This document shows, one piece after another, positions 13,201 through 30,269 of a stretch of DNA of 64,000 nucleotides. This DNA is from the human T2T-CHM13v2.0 reference genome, Homo sapiens: NCBI RefSeq assembly GCF_009914755.1, contig NC_060925.1; one strand, 5' to 3'. The position numbers were made by a program, and so were the translations under genes. The notes below the pieces were generated by a model. The model had not been told where the DNA came from and made no database searches. It saw only the letters and a program-made list of their open reading frames with translations. How positions within the stretch are numbered: the stretch's first letter is position 1; each line of letters starts with the position of its first letter.

Positions 13201-13599
13201 TCACAAAATGACAAAGCAAAGCTGATCTATCTAAGAGTTTAAAAAGCAATGTGGTTGGCCCTGCCTGAAGAAAATGTACTATGTGAAACCAAAAATTTAC
13301 AGATGAATAAACTAAGGGATGATTATTCATACTGTAAAAGAGTCTTTAAAGAATTCCCCTAGGATTCTTTTAAAGGCTGAGTTCCACTAGTTCATGAAAG
13401 TGTTTGTATGCAGATCATTAACTATTTGACAGGCAGACTGGAAATGCAGGTAGCGAGAACCAAGGGGGAAGGGAGTTCAAGTGGCAGAGGAATAACTGAC
13501 ACCTGAGGATCATCAAATCTCTAAATAAACATTGATAAAACAATCATGAAAGTCAAAGCAAAAAATAGGATATTTACTTACAAGACATGCTTTATATAC

Positions 13600-14815
13600 T
13601 AGAGCTGTTGGAGGCACACTATTTGGGTTCAAATGCTAGCACTGCCACCTGTTTAGCTGTATGACCTTGGATAGGTTACACAAGCTCTCTGAATACCAAC
13701 CTTCTGTGTCTGGAATTGGTGGGTTCTTGGTCTCACTGATTCAAGAATGAAGCCGCGGACCCTGGCGGTGAGTGTTACAGTTCTTAGAGATGGTGTGTCC
13801 GGGGTTTGTTCCTTCAGGTGTTCAGATGTGTCCGGAGTTTCTTCCTTCTGGTGGGTTTGCGGTTTCGCTGACTTCAAGAGTGAAGCTGCAGACCTTCGCG
13901 TTGAGTGTTACAGCTCTTAAAGGCCGCGCGTCTGGAGTTGTTCGTTCCTCCTGATGAGTTCGTGGTCTCCCTGGCTTCAGGTGTAAAGCTGCAGACCTTC
14001 GCGGTGAGTGTTACAGCTCATAAAGGTGGTGCAGACCCAAAAAGTGAGCAGCAGCAAGATTTACTGCAAAGAGCAAAGCACAAAGAGTCCACAGCATGGA
14101 AATGGATCCCAGCAGTTTGCCGCTCCTGGCTTGGGAGGCCTGCTTTCGTTCCCTTATCTGGCCCCACCCACATCCTACTGCTTGGTCCATTTTATAGAGA
14201 GCTGATTGGTCCATTTTACAGAGAGCTGATTGGTCCGTTTTACAGAGAGCTGATGGGTCCGTTTTGACAAAGCACTGATTGGTGCGTTTACAAACCTTCA
14301 GCTAGACAGAAACGTTCTTCAGGTCCTCACCTGACCCAGAAGCCTAGCCGGCTTCACTTCTCAATGGCAGTCGCTATAGGACTTTGCAGCACCTAGCCCA
14401 GGCACTCTGGCAGCCCAGAGGGAACTCATCTCCTGATCAAGCCCAGCAGGCACCGGCTGGCTGCGCTGAGCGCGGGGCCTTCTGAGCCCGGCCCACCCGA
14501 ACCCGCGCAGGCCCCTGAGTGCCGCTTGCGGCCCTGGCTCCCAGACGTTCCTCTCCCTCCACACCTCCCCGTGAGCAGAGGGAGCCGGCTCCTGCCTCGG
14601 CCAGCCCCAGAGAGGGGCCCCCACAGCGCAGCAGCGGGTTGAAGGGCTCCTCAAGCGCGTCCAGAGCCATTGGACTCTGAGGCCGAGAAGGCGCCGAGAG
14701 CGAGTGAGGGCTGCTAGCACGTTGTCACCTCCCACTTCTAGGTTGTATAAGGATTACATGAGTCAATATATATAAAACATTTGAACAGTGGTCTGGCACA
14801 TAGTAATTGCTACAC
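13600..14815 (+). mobile_element. MIR split by the LTR12 insertion (13600-13704 and 14735-14815)
   Basis: tgggttcaaatgctagc..tagctgtatgaccttgga before the LTR; gttgtataaggattacatgag..tggcacatagtaa after it. Confidence 0.7.
13705..14734 (-). mobile_element. ERV9 solo LTR (LTR12 family, LTR12D/E-like)
   Basis: Termini TGTGTCTGGAATTGGTGGG...GCACGTTGTCACCTCCCA; 4-bp TSD CTTC (13701-13704 / 14735-14738); tandem gagagctgattggtcc repeats; U5 repeats gaagctgcagaccttcgcggtgagtgttacagctc; CpG-rich U3. Confidence 0.95.
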
Positions 14816-16222
14816 ACGTTTCTAAGGTGATTCTGGACAAGCTATTACAAAATATCTGTTCTTTACCAAAGTAGAGCTTATTAGCACAATCATGAGACTG
14901 GATATAATTTCACAACATCAAAATAATTTCTAGCCCCAAAAGAAAAAACAAACCAAAAACACTGAGAAATAAATTCTGCTTTCTCATTGAGTTTCTAAGG
15001 AAGTCAATCTGAAGTTTAACTTTCTTTAAAATTATTGTTCTAACTTCAGTTTTCTAGGAGTTTGACAAAATTTTTAAGTTTGAGAAGTACATAGAGGCAG
15101 TCAGCAATCTAGTATCTGTTAATTTTTCTATGTTAAAAGGCTTCGATTCACCTATTATTACATTTGTCATCTTAAGAACAATAGTGCACGGGTTGAAATA
15201 AAACATTCTTATTTGTGGGAAAGAAAACCTTTTGCTTGGTTAATTTTACTTGGTTCACACAAGAATGGACACGTTCTTTGTATTCTACTCAATGTCACTA
15301 CTTATATGTAGCTTTCAGCTTGAAAGGACATTAATTGATGTTTTCCAAAGGAACAACCGGTTACAAGGTGTCCACATTTGCTCTCTTAGTCTGATGAAAT
15401 GGTTGCATAAAACAGGTTGCCAAACCAGAAATATCAAAAATGGGCATGAAGGTAGGGGTGTGTGTGCAGCGAGTATGGCACTAGGAAGCTGAGCTGGGTG
15501 AACAGGAGGAAGCTCACAGGCTTGCTGTGGCTGAGGGAGCCCGCTCTGGGATCCTGCAGTCCACAGTTGGCTATATCATGTTCAGTCCTGACATGGCACA
15601 CGAGAAGGCCCAGACTGTTGTAAGGGCCAGAAATGACACTTTTTAAAGATTATAAACGGTCTCCTAATTACTCAATGGATTCTTCCTTTGTGTTCCCTGA
15701 AACTCCTCTTCCACTCAGAACAAGTTTCCTTATCTGGCCAGCCCTCTTCTTGTGTCATAAGACCCTCAACTATGGCACACGCTAGCCCATATCTTGGTTG
15801 GATACAGGTTAAATGAAAATATGCTTTCTGCTTCTCACACTTAGTTTATGTGAGTGAAAGCTGATAGAAATGCGTAAGTAAATAGTTTTTAAGTGCAGGA
15901 GATCAAATTACCTCCTTCACAACTTGAAGTTCTTGACAGCTCTGGCAATACTATGCTTTTTTCAAATGTTAAAGTGGGGTGATCTTTACCTACTCTCACA
16001 GCAGATTGCCAAATTGTCAGCTTTCAGTGTATTATTTTTTTGAAAAAAAATTAAGTGATTTGATTCATTTTGAGGGAAAATTTCTCAAGTTCAGAAAACT
16101 TAAAACCATGAAATTCTATAAATGCTTTTATTTCTGACTTGAGTTATATAGAATAAGGGACAGAACTTCGTTTAAGTGGGAGCTAATTTAGTTGCCTTTA
16201 GTTAAACAACTGTCTCTTACTG

Positions 16223-16740
16223 CAATGGTCCCCAACCCCAGGCCATGGATGGGTACCTATCAGAAACCAGGCTGCAGAGCAGGAGATGAGTGGCCAGCAA
16301 GCCAGCGACGCTTCATGTGTAGTTACAGCCACTGCCCATCACTCACATTACTGCCTGAGCTCCGCCTCCTGTCAGACCAGCCACAGCATTACATTCTCAT
16401 AGGAGCACAAACCCTATTGTGAACTGCACAGGTGAGGGTTCTAGGTTGTGTGCTCCTTATGAGAATCTAATGCCTGATGATCTGCCACTGTCTCCCATCA
16501 CCCTCAGAAGGGACTGTTTAGTTGCACGAAAACAAGCTCAGGGCTCCCACTGATTCTACTTCATGATGAGTTGTATAATTATTTCATTATATATTACAAT
16601 GTAATAATAATAGAAATAAAGTGCACAATCAATGTAATGTGCTTGAATCATCCCAAAACCATCCTCCCTGCCCCTGGGTCTGAGGAAAAATTGTCTTCCA
16701 TGAAACCGGTCCCTGGTGCCAAAAAGGTCAGGGACCACTT
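16223..16740 (+). mobile_element. MER1A hAT-Charlie DNA transposon
   Basis: TIR-like ends caatggtccccaacc / ggtcagggaccactt; perfect 8-bp TSD TCTTACTG (16215-16222 / 16741-16748); ~520 bp. Confidence 0.9.
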
Positions 16741-16899
16741 TCTTACTGTGTATTCCCTTTTTGTCCAATGGCTGTTATATGTTAGTACCAAAAAAGCAGA
16801 TTTTGTTACACTTGCATACAAATCTCCCAAAGCAATCTGTCAGGCTTATGTTCCCCTGTTATATTTTCTCATGATACATTTAACCTTCCCAACACTTGA

Positions 16900-17060
16900 C
16901 ACAAGTATAACTGAACAATTTATTTACATAATTATTTGTTTAATGTTTGTCTTTATAGATAGACAATAAGCTCTCTCATGATAGGAGCATGTCTGTCTGA
17001 TTCAATATAGACCAAGGATCACACAAATAGTAGGTGCTCATAAAATTTATTTAATAAAAA
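16900..17060 (+). mobile_element. L2 3' end
   Basis: taagctctctcatgatagg..atagtaggtgctcataaaatttatttaa. Confidence 0.5.
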
Positions 17061-17164
17061 ACAGACACTAGTAAATATTTTGTGCTTATTCCACTTCATG
17101 TTAATTAAGTATCTACATCATGTAAGTCCCACTGAAATTCTTTTTTATTTAAAAATTTTAACTT

Positions 17165-17490
17165 TTTTTCAATTTTATTTATTTTGTATTGCTACATATT
17201 ATATGTATATATTTTTAGGGTACATGTGATAACTTGATCCATTCAAAAATCAAATTAGGGTAACTGGGATACCCATCACCTTAAACATTTATCTTTTCTT
17301 TAAGCTAGGTACATTCAAATTATTTTCTTCTAGGTATTTTGGAATGTACAATTGATTAATGTTAACTGTAGTCACCCTACCAATTTATTGAACATTACAT
17401 CTCATTTCTTTTATCTAAGTGTATATTTGTACCCATTAATCAACCTCTCTTCATCCCCCTCTGTCCCCTACTGTTCCCAACCTCTAACCA
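17165..17490 (-). mobile_element. L1MA 3' UTR fragment
   Basis: agggtacatgtgata..gggatacccatcacctt..ttaactgtagtcaccctac. Confidence 0.7.
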
Positions 17491-18788
17491 ATATGTATCC
17501 GTTAAAATATTCAAACGTGTATAGAAGGGGAATGAATGAAAAGTAAAATTTATCTTTACTGCCTCCTACTGATCTGTAAAGATTTCCAAAGATAATGATT
17601 TTAACTGCTTCTTTTTTTAGCATTCTGACATTTACCATCCTATCTCTAAATCGTATGTTGTATTCTTGATTTTCTTAAGATTTGAGATCATATCTGTTGA
17701 TTTCCAAACAAAAGGTAAGTTTTATGTACTTATACTCTTGCCTTTCTTCTCATTTCCCTTCCAAGTTCTGATTTTTTTGTTGGTTATTTTTGGAGGTAGT
17801 GTGTTAGTTTTTATATTGGCTCTCTTTATCACTTAATATTATCCTTAACCTATGTTTTTCAATCACCAGTTTTAGACTGCCTCTATTTTCGCCATACTAG
17901 GTGAGCTGAGAAAATCAGCTCACCTAACCTTTCTTTCTTTTCTTCTTTCCCCCTGCTGACTTTTGTCAGTGGAATCGTTATATTTTTACATTTTTTTAAG
18001 TTTAAAGCAACTTACATGTAAACAGAATTATAATAATTTACACTTACATATTGATATTTTTATATTTGTGTCACTTATAGTTTGGTTTGAAAGTATAAAA
18101 AAGTCTTTCACATATTGTCTATAGGTTGATTTAAAAACATAAAAATCTGAAATATGTAAAAATTATAATGATATAAATATTACTCTCTGTAAAACCATGT
18201 CGTATGATTAGGCACATGGAGAAAGCAGTATAATTTCATATCATTCCAAACACCAACTAAAAAGGATTTATATATATATGTTTACATAATATGCTGTCTT
18301 TATAATATTTATGTATATTACAACAATTGCTCAAAATGTCATATTTTACTTTCCTTTATATTTCACCATGAATTTATTTTACATCCATTTTCTCATGTAC
18401 ATTACCATCCTCAATATCCTTAACTCACCTCCAATTAATATAAAAAGATTTTTTTTTATAAAGTCCTCTAGTCTCCTTCTAATTTGTCCTCATTACTTTC
18501 TTGATGTACTGTTCATTCTGAGATTTCTTTCATTGTACCTCTGGGTCAGGTTACACTGTCTTTGTATTCCTTTTCTTCTTCTTGGTTATTTTTTCATATT
18601 GCTGGAGTATATCTTCAAAATATTTTCTTTAGAAAAGGGATGAGAAGTAAACTTTCTAAGTTCTTTCATGTCTGAAAATGCCTTTATTTTTTCGCTTAAA
18701 TTTTGTCTACAACTGCACTTCATATAGAATTATATGTTTAACATTGCTTTATAGTCTTTTTGTATATCGTGTTGTGTGTTGTTCATAG

Positions 18789-19153
<365 letters not shown>

Positions 19154-19727
19154 CCCATCTGAAAGTTTTTACAATTTTTCTCTTCATGCTTGCTGTTCTG
19201 AAATTTTACAATGATGTATTTAGTGCATATATTTTCCACTGAACATTTGGTGGGATTTGTCAATAACTGAATTTATATTTTTTCCAGCTGATGGAAAATT
19301 TAAGCTATTTTCTTTTATTATTTCTTTGATTATTTCAACTCTTTTATTGTTTACATTGTCTCATTCTAAAACACCTCTACAGATAGGTATAGGATATTCT
19401 GGATCTGCGCTCTAGATCATTGCTTTTCAAATTTTAATGCATTAAAAAATAGAAACTCTTTTTTATTTCTAAGAACTCATAGCAGCCTCTTTTTAAATTA
19501 TAAATACAATATATTCTTGAATTTCTGAGGACACTAATTAGGATTTTTAATGTTTTATTTTATTCCTTGCATTATTACTGATTCTTCTGGGGTCAGTTTT
19601 TCTATTTATTCACTTTTGTCTTTCTTTTTCTTCTACTTGGTTCCCCTTAAACATCTGGTCTTGGCTGACTACTAATTTTTGTGCATAAAGGACTACATTC
19701 ATCAATGTAGAGGGCTGGCATGGGTAA

Positions 19728-20140
<413 letters not shown>

Positions 20141-21864
20141 AATAAGTGGCTTTTTATTTTTAGTATATGAACAGGCCTGGGGCACAACAAGTGTCAAATA
20201 AGTAAAATGCTTCATACATGAAGGAAGAAGACAAGCTACCTAAGTCCAGATTTCTGAAGATGATCTTCCAGTTACAAACCCTTATGGCTGCCCCTTAGCC
20301 ACTCCTGTCTGTATGTGCTTGGAGACTCACCAGAGATCTTTTAAGGAAAATGATTCCTAACTCCACTATATCTTTTTTGGGTTGTAATTTACTCTACTAG
20401 AGTTTATTTAGCAATATAATCCAATCTGTCTCCTGTCTTCCAAGACTTCATCAAACTTTCTGGCCTGCTAATATCACCTTCTTTCCCCTCCCTTTTTTTG
20501 GTTTTGTTTCAAGTCCTGCTAAGGATTTATTTATTCATTTTCATACAGATATTGTCATTTCGATGAGTGTTTAGAAATGAAGAAGAGGCAACTGCAGGTC
20601 TGTCCACCATCTCAAACTAGGAAACTATATAGCTATCTTAGAATTGCTCTACATTGTTATCCGAACTTGGGTAAAACTCTTCTGGCTGCTCACAAATAGA
20701 CCTAACTGTAAATAGGTAAATTCCCATATAATTTCCCCCAGACCTTGATAATTATTCTTCACGGATCAAGTAGGATTTAATAGTGTTAAGGGCTTTGGAT
20801 AATTCTAAATTGTTCCCTGAGCCTCTTGGCAGTTTCATATGTGTATAGAAGAGTGTGATAACAAAACAAAGTAACTATAGAGATGTACATAAAAGAAGAA
20901 GGCTAAAACAAAAACTAAAGTTAAAGCAGAATTTGAAGCAACTTGGAATTTACTTTGGGGTGTTACATATTTTTATGCTAGTTGGGCTTGACCAACTCTA
21001 TCTTGGATTTGCCAAGAAAATAATTGATGTGATCATGGAGCCAAGAATGATAACGTGAAGATCTGTGGAGGATTGGCAGGACCCCAGATCACTGGGAAAA
21101 AGCCAAAGGAGTACCTATTTTTAAAAGGCAATAAAAAGTTGCTTGAGAATAAATGACCTTTTACATAGACAAAAAGCAGTGCATACTGATTAACTCAAAT
21201 AAGCTTTAGACAGTCTTATAGAGTAATGGCAGTAATGAGTAGAGGAAAAATATATTCATATATTGTATCAACATAACATTAAATATCCAAAACTGAATAA
21301 AAGTTTTTAAATGAAAAAATATTTATTTATTATCACCATTTTATTAGGATTTTAATTTGTATCTTGTTAAGCATATAGATAATTTAAGACATCTGGATTT
21401 CGGCCACATTTCTTCATTTTTGTCCAAATTATATGTTGTCATTTAGATGCTTCTAATAACACAGAAATGTGATGTTAAATTGAAAATTTTGAGTCATTGT
21501 TCAGATGCCAATTTCTTTCTTGATATGTATGCAGGATATACGTTAAAAATTTGCATATATGACTGAAACCTGGTGGTGGCTGTCTTACTCTAGAATTTAA
21601 AATTAAATTTAAAATAAATTCAATAGACTAAGTAATTGTTCTAAAATCAAATCAAATAAAATGGAACACGTGCTGATATAAGATGTTTTAATTAAGAAGG
21701 AAAAAAGTATGTCCATAAATTAGAAGTTGGGAAGAACTATTAGGTAATCAGAAGTCTCTCAGAGTCCCTAAGCATTATTATCCACTGACTCAATAATTTT
21801 TGATGGGATCTTTCACACCTATGCTGATCTTTATATATAAAGCTTTCACTTCTGGGATCTACTT

Positions 21865-22161
21865 TTGTTTTTTTTTTTTTTGAAACAGAGTCTTCCTCTG
21901 TTGCCCAGACTAGAGTGTAGTGGTGTAATCTTGACTCACCACAACCTCTGCCTCCCGGATTCAAGAGATTCTCCTGCCTCAGCCTCCTGAGTAGCTGGGA
22001 TTACAGGTGTCTGCCACCACGCCGGGCTAATTTTTGGATTTTTAGTAGAGACGGGGTTTCACCATCTTGGCCAGGCTGGTCTCGAACTCCTGACCTCGTG
22101 ATCCACCTACCTCGGCCTCCCAAAGTGCTGGGATTATAGGCATGAGCCACCATGCCTGGTC
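21865..22161 (-). mobile_element. AluS (AluSg-like) SINE
   Basis: Full dimer; gacctcgtgatcc with ttggccaggctgg; TSD ggatctactt/ggatccactt. Confidence 0.9.
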
Positions 22162-22299
22162 AGGATCCACTTCTTTTTCCATCCTTATCTTGAAAATTAT
22201 CTACTCATCCTTCAAGTCTGAACCCTGTGAAAACTTCCTTGCCTCATATTTTGAGTTAATTTCTCTGTGTTCTTGTTTCTTTGGTATTTTATACACTCA

Positions 22300-22650
22300 G
22301 GTGCAACCCACATTTATTGTACACCTATTACTTACCAGGTACTGCACCAAGAAATGATAACTATATGGTAGGGGCACAACCTCACTGTGATGACCCTTAT
22401 TTAACCAGTTGAGGAAGCCCAAGTCCCAAGAAAGTACATGAATTGCCCAAAGTTACACAACTAGCAAGTAGCAAATACAGATACAGATTTACATTACATA
22501 ATTATTTATAGTTCTTTCTCCATCACTGGTCTTTAAATCCTTCAAAGGGAGAAAAATATCTTATTCATCCCTTGATCCTAGTAGCTGCACAGTGCCTGGC
22601 ACATGGTCGAAACATATTTGCTGAACAAATAAATTAATGAATAAACAATG
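22300..22650. mobile_element. MIR (-) and L2 3' end (+) relics
   Basis: gttgaggaagccc..ttgcccaaagttacacaactagcaagt; cacagtgcctggcacatgg..tttgctgaacaaataaattaatgaata. Confidence 0.55.
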
Positions 22651-23232
22651 TAGTGAACTTGCATTAAAGGCAAGCTGCACTCCAGTAAAGTGTAAATAAT
22701 TTACTTTTCTCATTTCTTAAAAAGTTGGCATTCAGTAGATATTCATTAACATTCCCATCTCTATGCTTTACCAGATTTTGATTTTGGTAGAAGCATAATG
22801 AGTGGTGATGAAAATATGGACAATAAAAACAGTTAAAAGAACTAGGTATGCTTAAGGTAGAAGCACCATGCTGATGGTTTGGTTCAAGCCCCAAACAATG
22901 TTGAAAAATAATCAGTTCATTTTTTATTAGAGATGTGTTTATATTTAATGTGTATAAGGCACTTCATCAGTCATCATGGGAGTAGTAAAGTGTATACACA
23001 CAGCCCCTTACTTCAAGTTCCTAACTTCTGTATAAGACAGCATATAAGAGATATGTGTTCATAATGACAAGATAAGTTACACTGTTTCATGACTCCAGTG
23101 CAACTGGAAACTGAGGAAAGTTTCTATAAAGTGTTTAGACATAAGATAAGCCTTAGACAGAGCCTATTAAGTAGTAGGTGCATAATGTTTGTTAAATGTT
23201 TAATGGCATTTTGAATGTTGAAGTTTAGGGAA

Positions 23233-25920
<2,688 letters not shown>

Positions 25921-26004
25921 ATATTCCCACTACTACTTCCCAGCCTCTGGTATCCATCATTTTATCCTCTATCTGCACGAGTTCAATTGTTTTAATTTTT
26001 AGGC

Positions 26005-29000
26005 CCCCCTAAGTGAGAACATGCAAAGTTTGTCTTTCTATTCCTGGCTTATTTCATTTAATGTAATGTCTTCAAGTTTCATCCATGTTGTTGCAAATAA
26101 CAGGATCTCATTCTTTTTTTATGTCTGAATAGTACTCTATTGTATACATATACCACATTTTCTTTATCCATTTGTCTGTTGATGGATGCTTAGGTTGCTT
26201 CTAAATCTTGGCTATTGTGAATAATAATGCAATAAACATGGGAGTGCAGATATCTCTTTAATGTATCGATTTTCTTTCTTTGGGGTATATGACTAGCAGT
26301 GGCATTGCTGAATCACATGGTAGCTCTATTTTCAGTTTTTTGAGGAACCTCCAAACTGCTCTCTATAGTGGTTGTAAATTAGTACAACCACTAATGTACT
26401 TATTTACATTCCCATCAATGGCTTGCAAGGGTTCCCTTTTCATCCTCACCAGCATTTCTTATTCCCTGATAAAAGCCATTTTACTGGGGTGAGATGATAC
26501 TTCATTGTGGTTTTGATTTGCATTGTCTGATTATCACTGATGTTTAGCACTTTTTCATATACTTGTTTGCCACTTGTATACCTTCTTTTAAGAAATATCT
26601 ATTCAGATCCTTTGCTCAGTTTTTAATCAGATGAGTAGATTTTTTTCCTATTGTTTCAGCTACTTATATATTCTGATTATTAATCCCCTGTCAGATGGGT
26701 AGTTTACAAATATTTTCTCCTAATCTATGGGTTGTCTCTTCATTTTGTTGATTGTTTCTGTTGCTGTGCAGAAGCTATTTAACTTGATGTGGCCCTGTTT
26801 GTCAATTTTTGCTTTGGTTATTTGTGCTTGTAGGGTATTACCTGAGAGATTTCTGCCCAGACCAATGTCCTGGAGAGTTTTCTTAAAGTTTTCTTTTAGT
26901 AGTTTCATAGCTTCAGGTGTTAGACTTAAGTTTTTAATCCATTTGTTTTCATTTTTGTATGTAGTGAGAGATAGGGACCTAGTTTCATTCCTTTGCATAT
27001 GGTTATCCAGTTTTTTCCAGTACCATTTATTGAAGAAACTGTCCTTTCCCCAATGTATGTTCTTGACACCTTTGTCAAAAATGAGTTCACTGTAGATGTA
27101 TGGATTTGTTTCTGGGTTCTCTATCCTGTTCCATTGGTCTTTGTGTCTGTTTTTATGTCAGGACCATGCTGTTTCAGTTACTATAGCTCTGTAGTATACC
27201 TGAAGTCAAGTAATGTGATTTCTCCAGTTTTGTTCTCTCTGTTCAGGATAGTTTTGAGTATTCTGGATCTTTTGTGGTTCTGTATAAGTCTTAGGATTTT
27301 TTTTTTTTTTGTAGTTTTGTGAAGAATGTCATTGGTATTTTGATAGGGAATGCATTGAATCTGTAGATTGCTTTGGGTAGTATGGACATTTTAATGATAT
27401 TGAGTCTTTCAATCCATGAACATGAAATATCTTTCCATTTTTTGTGTCCTCTTCAATTTCTTTCATCAATGTTTTATAGCTTCCATTGTAGATATCTTTA
27501 ATTTCTTTGGTTAATTATCACATATTCTATTTTATTCATCGCTATTGTAAATATAATTACTTTCTTGATTTCTTTTTCAGATTGTTCACTGTTGGCATAT
27601 AGAAATATTACTGATTTTTGCATGTTGATTTTGTATCCTGAAACTTTACTGAATTCATTTATAATTTTTAATAGTTTTTTTTTGGTGGAGTCTTTAGGTT
27701 TTTCCAAATATAAGATCATATCATCTGCAAACAAAGATAATTTGACTTATTCCTTTCCAATTTGGGTGCCCTTTATTTCGTTCTCTTGTCTAATTGCTCT
27801 AGCTAGGACTTCCAGTGCTATGTTGAATTAAAAGTGGTGAAAGTGGGCATCCCTCTCTTGGTCCATATTTTAGAGGAAAGACTTTCAGTTATTTCCCATC
27901 CAGTACAATACTAGTCATGTGTCTGTCATATATGGCTTTTATTGTGTTGAAGTATGTTCCTTCTATACTGTTTTTTGAGGTTTTTTAAATCATGAAGGGA
28001 TGTTGAATTTTATCAAATGCATTTTCAGCTGCAATTGAAATGTTCATATGGTTTTTGTCCTTCATTCTATTGATACGATGTATCACATTGACAGATTTGC
28101 ATATGTTGAACCATCCTTGCATTCCTGGGATAAATCGCACTTGGCCATGATGAATGATCTTTCTAATATATTGCTGAATTTGGTTTGCTAGTATTTTGTT
28201 CAGGATGTTTGCATCAATATTTTTCAGAGATATTGGCCTGTAGTTTTCTTTTTTTGATGTGTCTTTTTCTGGTTTTAATATCAGGGTAATGGTCCTGCAG
28301 AATGAGTTTGGAAGTATTCCCTCCTCTATTTGTTGAAGTAGTTTGAGTGGGATTGGTATTAGTTCTTCAAATGTTTGGTCAAATTCAGCATTGAAACCAT
28401 CAGGTCCTGGGTTTTCTTTGCTGGGAGATTTTTTTTATTACTGCTTCAATCTCATTACGTGTTGTTAGTCTGTTCAAGTTTTGGATTTCTTCATGTTTCA
28501 ATCTTGGTAGGCTGTATGTGTCTAGCAATTGATCCATTTCTTCTAGGTTTTCTAATTTATTGGCACATAGTTACTCATAGTAGCCACTAATGATCCTTTG
28601 AATTTCTGTGATATCAGTTGTAATGTCTCTTTTTTTGTGTCTGATATTATTTATTTGGGTCTTCTCTCTTTTTTTCTTAGTCTGGCTAAAGGTTTGTCAA
28701 CTTTGTTTATCTTTTCAAAAAAACCACCCTTTCATTTCCTTGATCTTTTGCATTTTTTAAATTTCAATTTCACTTATTTCTGCTCTGATCTTCATTCTTC
28801 TACTAATTTTGGGTTTGGTTGGCTCTTGCTTTTCTAGTTCTTTAAGATGTGTTGTTAGGTTATTTGAATTTTTTGTACTTTTTTGATATAGGCCATTGTA
28901 GCTAAAAACTTTCCTTTTAGTACTGCTTTTGCTGTATCCCATAAGTCTTGGTATGTTGTGTTTCCAGTATCATTTGTTTCTAGAAATTTTTCAATTTCCT

Positions 29001-29801
29001 TCTTAATTTCTTCATTGACCCATTGGTCATTCAAGAGCATATTGTTTAATTTTCATGTATTTGTATGGTTTCCAAAATTCCTCATGTTATCAATTTCTAG
29101 TTTTATTCCATTGTGGTCAGAGAAGATATTTGATACAATTTCAATTTTGTCAAATTTTTTAGGACTTGTTTTGTGGCCTAACGTAGGGTCTATCCTTGAG
29201 AATGATCCATGTGCTGAGAAAAATATGTATTCTGCAGCCATTGGATAAAATGTTCTGTAAATATCTATCAGGTCCATTTGATCTATAGTTCAGACAAAGG
29301 CCAGCGTTTCTTTGTTGGTTTTCTGTCTAGATGATCTTTCCAATGCTGAAAGTGGGGTGTTGAAGTATACAGTTATTACTGCATCAGGCTCAGTCTTTCT
29401 CTTCTGCTCTAATAGTATTTACTTTTTATATCTGAGTGCTTCCGTGTTGGGTGCATATATATTTACAATCGTTACAGCCTCTTGCTGAATCGACACCTTT
29501 TTCATTATGTAATGACCTTCTTCATCTGTTTTCATAGTTTTTGTCTTGAAATCTACTTTGTCTGTTATAAGTACAGCTACTCTTGCTCTTTTTGGTTTCC
29601 ATTTGCATGTAATATTTTTCCATCCTATTATTTTCAGTCGATGTGTGTCTTTAGAGGTAAAGTGGTGTTTCTTGTAGGCAATAGATCATTGGGTCTTGTT
29701 TGTTTTTAATCCTTTCAGCCATTCCATCGTTTAATTGGTGAGTTTAATCCACCACTTACATTCAATGTTATTATTGGTAAGTTAGGACTTACTCCTGCCA
29801 T
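26005..29801 (-). pseudogene. Disrupted L1 ORF2 (endonuclease/reverse transcriptase)
   Basis: ATG at 29801 (ATGGCAGGAGTAAGTCC); fragmented ORFs carry EN and RT motifs; many stops and frameshifts. Confidence 0.85.
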
Positions 29802-30269
29802 TTTGTTATTTGTTTTCTGGTTGTTTTGTAGTCTTCTCTTCCTTCTTTCCTTCCTTCCTGTCTTCCTTTTAGTGAAGATGATTTTTTTTTTCTGGTGGCA
29901 TGTTTTAGTTTCTTGCTTTTTATTTTTTGTGCATCTCTTGTATTTTTTTAATTTGAGGTGAACAGGAGGCTTGCAAATAATATCTTATAGCCCATTATTT
30001 TAAACTGATGATAACAATGATTGCATAAACAAACAAATAAACAAAGAGAAAACTAATAAAACCTTTACACTTTAACTTTGTCCCCCTGCTTTTTAACTTT
30101 TTGGTTTTTTCTATTTATATCTTATTGTACTATGTCTTGAAAAGTAGTAGTTGTTGTTGTTATTTTTGATTGGCTCATCATTTAGTCTTTCTACTTAGAA
30201 TAAGAGTAGTTTACACACCACAGTTATAGCACCATAACATTCTGTGGTTTTCTGTGTAGTTACTCTTAC

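Noticed and set aside
14170-14290. 24-bp tandem repeats as a CRISPR-like or novel array
   Set aside because: These are the standard CCAAT-containing U3 repeats of LTR12, with no unique spacers
14400-14734. CpG island / host gene promoter
   Set aside because: The CpG richness lies entirely within the LTR12 U3
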